Positions 58,119-64,000 of a DNA stretch of 64,000 bases are shown piece after piece. Both the position numbers and the translations under genes were made by a program. Positions within the stretch are counted from its first letter, which is position 1, and the number at the start of each line of letters is the position of its first letter. The notes beneath the pieces are model-generated. The model did no database searches. It was not told where the DNA came from and saw only the letters and a list, made by a program, of their open reading frames with translations. The DNA is from the human T2T-CHM13v2.0 reference genome, Homo sapiens: assembly GCF_009914755.1 (NCBI RefSeq), contig NC_060930.1; one strand, written 5' to 3'.

Positions 58119-58535
58119 CCCAGTGGATTTTAGTTTTAATTCCCAAGAGAACTTCACCCTAGGGGCCCCAGCATCATACCCAGTGAGTACACAGTAGGAG
58201 GGACATATTTGTAAGAAATACTGTTATGAGATTACTTCTGATTATCCACTGGTTATATCACACTGCACTTAAGATGCCTGTGAGTCCAAGGGAAGTCACA
58301 TCTTGGATACCTAGTAAGGTAGTGAGATGGTAGAAAGGTCCAACATCTGTACTTGGGAAGACTGAACTGTCCTCACTCCTTTGAGATGGGACACCAGTTA
58401 CTGATACCTTGGCTACATTGTATTATGTTTGCAATATTTAAGATTAGAATAAACAGGACCCACGTAAGTGTTGCTCATTGATTTCATGGACATGATCCCT
58501 GATCAGACTTTGTGTGGTCTCCTAAACATTTAGTC

Positions 58536-59098
58536 TGTCTTAGCCTGGGTTTTCTCCGAACAGAGCCTAAAACAAGGACTTGTGTACAGGAGGCTTATCT
58601 AGCATGTGATCATAGGAAGCAAGAGGAAGGGACCAGAATTATAAAAATTATAAATTAAAAAATTATAATTAAAAAAATTATAAAAGAAGGAAGGAGAAAA
58701 ACTACCATAAGGGTCTTATACCAAGTTATTCTCCACAGTGGGCAGCTGGGGCTTGATCCCACCAGGATCTGCTGAAGCATGCAGAGGCTGTTTTAGAATT
58801 GTCTACTGAAGGATAGACAATTCAACAGGGAGAATTATTTATCCATAACCCATTGGTTGAGGTGGCCCCAGAAGGCACTGACTCCCCTGACTTCAGGGCT
58901 GTGCTTGGAGCATGCTGAGATGTCTTCCATGGTGTTAAAACAGTTTCCCCCAGGCAGAGAGCAAAAGATGCTCAGAGCATGCTGGAGGCAAGGTGCTGTC
59001 AGTGTGAAACTATCTGAATCTTACACAGTACTGTTTGCCAAAGCCAAGGCTGCAAACAGTGCTGAGGCTGGCAGGATGTGAAGCAGGTGTCTGATGCA
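58536..59098 (-). mobile_element. LTR33-type ERVL solo LTR
   Basis: tgtcttagcctggg...cagagcctaaaacaaggacttgtgtacagg...gggcagctggggcttgatccc...caggtgtctgatgca. Confidence 0.7.
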
Positions 59099-59099
59099 C

Positions 59100-59640
59100 A
59101 TTCCCCTTCCCAAAAGCACCCTGATCTCTTTATGGGGATTTTTGGGGGGCTAGGAATTCCTGGCTCTGATGTCTCATTGCTCAGAAGCTGAAACCCAAGG
59201 GTAGAGATCCGTCCTCAGCCTGACCTAAGCTCACCTTATTGGTGAGTGAATAAGCCTGAGAGGCAGGCTACACACGCATCAGAAGGTCCTGGCAGGATCA
59301 AGTCCAGTTTCTCACAGTAGTGCACAACTTAATAACATCCCCTTATAGTAGCTTAGGACAGGGAGAGGGCATCCCCTGACCTTGAGTGTCTCTCAAGAGT
59401 ATACAGCAAAGGACGGGAGCAATTTGGTGGTCAATCTTGTACAGTGGTGGCCTCGGCAGCAGCATTGTGACCAGCCTGTCCCTTTTGGGCGACAGTCTTT
59501 GTTTCCTGTTTCCAGCACCAGCCATTTTGAGTTTCTGTGTTCTTGTCATTCCATAGCTTGAATTCTAGTCTCTCATTGAGTCTATGAGCCCCTGATATTA
59601 TCCCAATAAATTCTCTTTTCCTTAAGCCAGACTCTGATAG
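59100..59640 (+). mobile_element. Old MLT1 (M/N-like) LTR
   Basis: gctcagaagctgaaacc...gagtctatgagcccctgatattatcccaataaattctcttttccttaagccag. Confidence 0.55.
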
Positions 59641-60769
59641 AACAATTATTAAATAAGAGAAGACAGGGCTACTCGCAGGGCAAAGGTTGAGAAGTAATTT
59701 CATCACCCTCCCAAAACAATCACGTTTGAACTCATCATGTGATTCACTACTAATTTGTGTCAACAAACCAGTGGGTATTATGTGTACATATATGTATTAT
59801 GTTTATTATGGCACATTTGTCAGTAGAATTGTCAATAGAAACCAGCTCTGACACCATCTTGCTAGAATTAACATTGATTAAGAAAAAAAAAATCCCTCTA
59901 GCTTCTGCCTCAGCAGTTTATCAGTAATAGTCTATCAGAATAAGAGTACACATTTCTGATTTTATACTGACCTAGAGATTTTTTGGTTTTGCTTCAGTCC
60001 AACTTCAGTCATATGATTAAAGAGATATGGAAATGTGGATTGAACCCACGCATTTGTCTCAGGTCTCTCATGAATCCTGCTCAGATGATGGTAAAGGAAC
60101 AACGACAACAAAAATGCATACATGTTCAAGGACAAAGAGAAGAGGAGTGGATGGAGGACCAGCTACTGACTCATCAGTCTGAAGAAAGCCGATACCTAAA
60201 CCAGCAATGGGAGAAGGAAACAGCCAGAAACAAGCTGATTCATGCTGTAGAGCCCTGGGACGGCTTAGAGATTGGAGGCACCCGGTACTGTTGAAGATGA
60301 GAAAGTGTGGAGATGCTGAAAACAGAATTAGCTGAAAATCTGTATTTGCAGCAGTTAGACTCTTCCTCCCCAGGACATACACCAGGTAAATGCTCTTTCC
60401 CGATCACAGCTGAAGATTGGAAAGGTCGACCCTGACAAATTCCGGATTTGTCAGGAATTTGTCTTATACTCTAAAAATTTTAGATAGACTGCAAATAATC
60501 AATGGGTATATAAATTCCAGAACTTTTAATATCTAGGTATCTATTGTAATACAACTTTTCTTAGCTATCACTTACAAATACAACTTCAGGGTCTCACAGA
60601 AGTGAGAACAGCCTTGCTCCTGATAATCTGCTCTGGGAACTGGATGAAAACATAACCATAAACTCATAAGCCCAGAAAAGGAGCCCTGTTTTTCATAGAC
60701 AAGCCACCTAGATGCTGTGTGGTCTAGTGTGTACTTCTAGTACTCCATTCTAGCCACTGATTATTTATA

Positions 60770-61202
<433 letters not shown>

Positions 61203-61419
61203 TCTTCCAAATCCTTATTGTAATATGCCTAGGACATACCTCAGTTTTCTGTATAAAAAAGAAAACCACTCAGAATTATATTGCTGTCAAAGACAGAATT
61301 TCAAGAGTTTCACTTTACAAATACTACAGATTGCTTTATTCTTTTCCACACCCATAGATTTAAATATCAAACAGAATTCTGAATGATAGGATTGCTGTAT
61401 TTTTACAAATCAAAATACT

Positions 61420-62343
61420 AAGGTCTAGAATGCCAACTAATGAATTCAGGATGAATGATGGAGCTAGAAAGTCATAATTTTGAAACAATCATCATAGTAA
61501 TAAATTTAGGCAAGAATCATCAATGGATGCTAAAACTAGTGGTAAAAGTTTAATGAGAAACAGGTAGCTATAAAGTTTCAAAATATCTTCCTGTAACTAC
61601 TTATTAATTAAAAAGGGAAAATAACTTCACAATGGAGAAACTTGACAGACACTAACTTAAGCAAGTGAATAAAGTTCATATCACAATAGTAGGACAAAGC
61701 CACAGTATGTGCCACCTGTTGGGATGCATTGAAAAAGATACAATGTCACAGCTGACTTATTCCTCCCAAATTTGCATAACTTGAATTAATCATGAAAAAA
61801 ACATCAGATTTACTCAAATTGTAGAATATTCTACAAAATAATTGGGCAGTACTCTTTAAAATGCTGAGGTTATGTAAGACAAAGAAAGGCTGAGAAGCTG
61901 TCACAGACAAAGGGAAACTAAAGAAACATGCAAATTAAATTCAGTGCATGATCCTGGATTGAATCCTGGGCTAGGAAAAGAAAAGAGGTATAAAAGACAT
62001 TATTGGAGCAATTGATGATATTTGAATACTGACTAGGGGGATTAGATAATAGTTATTGTATCAATGTAGAATTTCCTGATTTTATCAATTGTGTTGTGGT
62101 TATGAGAGATTGTTGTTGATTTTGGCATAAACATACTGAAATATTTAGGGATAAAGGGGCATGATGTCTGCAACTTACTCTCAAATAGTTGAGAAAAATA
62201 TGTATGTGTATATATAGAGATAGGACAAGAAATCAAGCAGGGCAAAATGTTTAATAATTGGTGAACCTGGGCAAATGACATATAGGAGTCTTTGTAATCT
62301 TTTCATAAGTTTGAAATTACACAATATTAAAAGTTAAAAAAAT
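61420..62343 (+). mobile_element. L1MC4-like 3' UTR fragment
   Basis: ggcaagaatcatcaatggatgctaaaactagtgg...tggagaaacttgacagacac...atgatgtctgcaacttactctcaaat. Confidence 0.8.
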
Positions 62344-62646
62344 GCCATGGCCAAAAGATTGCCTCTCAAATATAATCTTCTCCAGGTGGCATTAGATGAT
62401 TCAGGTGACCACAGTGGATCAATTTATCCTGTTATCTCATATTTCCAAACTTAAAGAAACCTTGCTCAGTGCTTGAGAAAACTTGCTCAAACTATGCTCA
62501 GTGCTATGAACAAAGGCAAATAGCTCTAGACTCCCAGATTCCACTAAGTCTGTAAGTATGAAGGTAGGGAACCAATTTTTTTTTTAAATTATTCTTCCAA
62601 TAAAACTTCTTGCAAGTAGTTTTAAGTAATATCTTCTATACAACAA

Positions 62647-63145
62647 TGTGGCAGAATCTGCTATTTGCCACTCCAATATTCATTCTTTAACTCTTCCTTG
62701 GTAATGACCACCCTGATTTTTAGGTAGAGATAAGTTTGCTCACAATGAAGGCTATATTTGACAGCTTCCCTTGCAGCTAGGTGTGGCTAAATTGCTAAAT
62801 TCTGACAAAGGAGACCAAACAGAAAAGTAACATGGCAACTTCCAAGACACCTCCTTAAAAGACATCAGGCACAAGCCCTTTTACCTTTCTTTTTTTCTGC
62901 TACTATATTATCACCTGGAGTATAAATGTGATGCCTGGATCTCTAGCAGTTATCTTGGGCAACACAGGCAAGGTCCATACCCTAGGGATGGTGAAGCAGA
63001 GAGACAGAAGAACTTGATTAAAAAAGAGCTATTATACCAACCCTGGAATGTCTACCTGGTAGACTATTTTATATGAGAGAAAAATTAACTTTTATTTTGT
63101 ATAAGTCACCATGAATTTGAGTTTCTATTATATATAACAAAACAG
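62647..63145 (+). mobile_element. MLT1J/I-type LTR
   Basis: tgtggcaga...cagcttcccttgcagctaggtgtggc...ccctagggatggtgaagcag...atgagagaaaaattaacttt. Confidence 0.75.
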
Positions 63146-63579
63146 ATGGTTTTTCAAGAAAAAAAAGGGGAGGACTAAGGTCTCACTTAGACTCCTAACC
63201 CCAATGACATTTTTGGGAGTTGGTTCACTCCATGAGGGTGGAGGCCATCAATGTATCTTCCTAGAACCTAGCAGTCTTCACATAGTTTCAGTTGATGAAC
63301 ATTTTTAGAATGAACAAAGTTTCTTTTTGGAAAAACAATTTCAAAATGTTACCTGCAACAATATTAGAAATTCATCTCTGTTTGGTACTGTTTTGAGAAT
63401 TATAAATTGCTACAAAGAGCAAATTCAATATATTTCTTTCCCTATAAATCTTTGGTCAAAAACAATATAATCACTATCTGATCTTCTAACTGGTTGAAAG
63501 TATAAAGACAATTTTTTATTATATCATTGCTTCTATAGAACTCTTCATTAATAGATCATAAAGTAAGGTGAATCATAAA

Positions 63580-64000
63580 GTACAGGCTGAGTTATACCAC
63601 AATAACAACTCCAAAATCTCACTGTTTAAAACAAGAAAGGTTTACTTCAAGTGAGCAGGAACCTCTGTTCCCTATCTTCCATTTTCAGGCCAATGGAATC
63701 TCTTCCCTCAAGGAAGAAGAGAACATGACAAATTGCCCATTGGGTCTTAAGATTTCCATTCAGAAATGAGACACATCACTTCCATTCATATTTCATTGAT
63801 TGACGTCACATGGCCTGTTTAAAACAACAAAGGTTTAACTTCAGGTGAGCAGGAAGCTCTGTTCCATATCTTCCATGTTCAGGCCAGTGGAATCTTTTCC
63901 TTCAAGAAGGAAGAGAACATGACAACTTGCCCACTGGTTCTTAAGGTTTCCATTGAGAAATCAGACACATCACTTCCACTCATATTTCATTGACTAAAGT
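63580..64000 (-). mobile_element. Old MLT1-like LTR remnant containing a 193-bp tandem duplication (runs off the window)
   Basis: aacaactccaaaatctc...ttaaaacaa.aaaggttta...gacacatcacttcca.tcatatttcattg; units start at 63622 and 63815. Confidence 0.7.

Overview
Human genomic DNA: an AluYa5 with all five diagnostic positions is present. The window is AT-rich and intronic or intergenic, and roughly half of it is interspersed repeat. I cannot support any host protein-coding gene, RNA gene or CRISPR-type locus. The main feature is a full-length (~6.03 kb) L1PA2/PA3-type LINE-1 on the minus strand (19027-25056). It has an intact ORF1, an ORF2 with no frameshift but two nonsense codons (Q69*, Y1061*), an extended 102-aa antisense ORF0, a 12-bp TSD and 13 extra 5' nucleotides. 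Also present: a complete THE1 MaLR provirus with a perfect TSD, a THE1 solo LTR, about 12 Alus plus a FAM monomer, older L1/L2/CR1/MIR fragments, MLT1/LTR16/LTR33 LTRs, and hAT/Tigger DNA-transposon fossils. I found no convincing new biological system. The best leads are the RT-core-sized open frame left in ORF2, possible L1 antisense-promoter readout, a NAGNAG candidate exon, a repeated composite AP-1/M-box motif and several template-switch scars. Subfamily names and boundaries of old repeats come from recalled consensus sequences, judged by eye, and are approximate.
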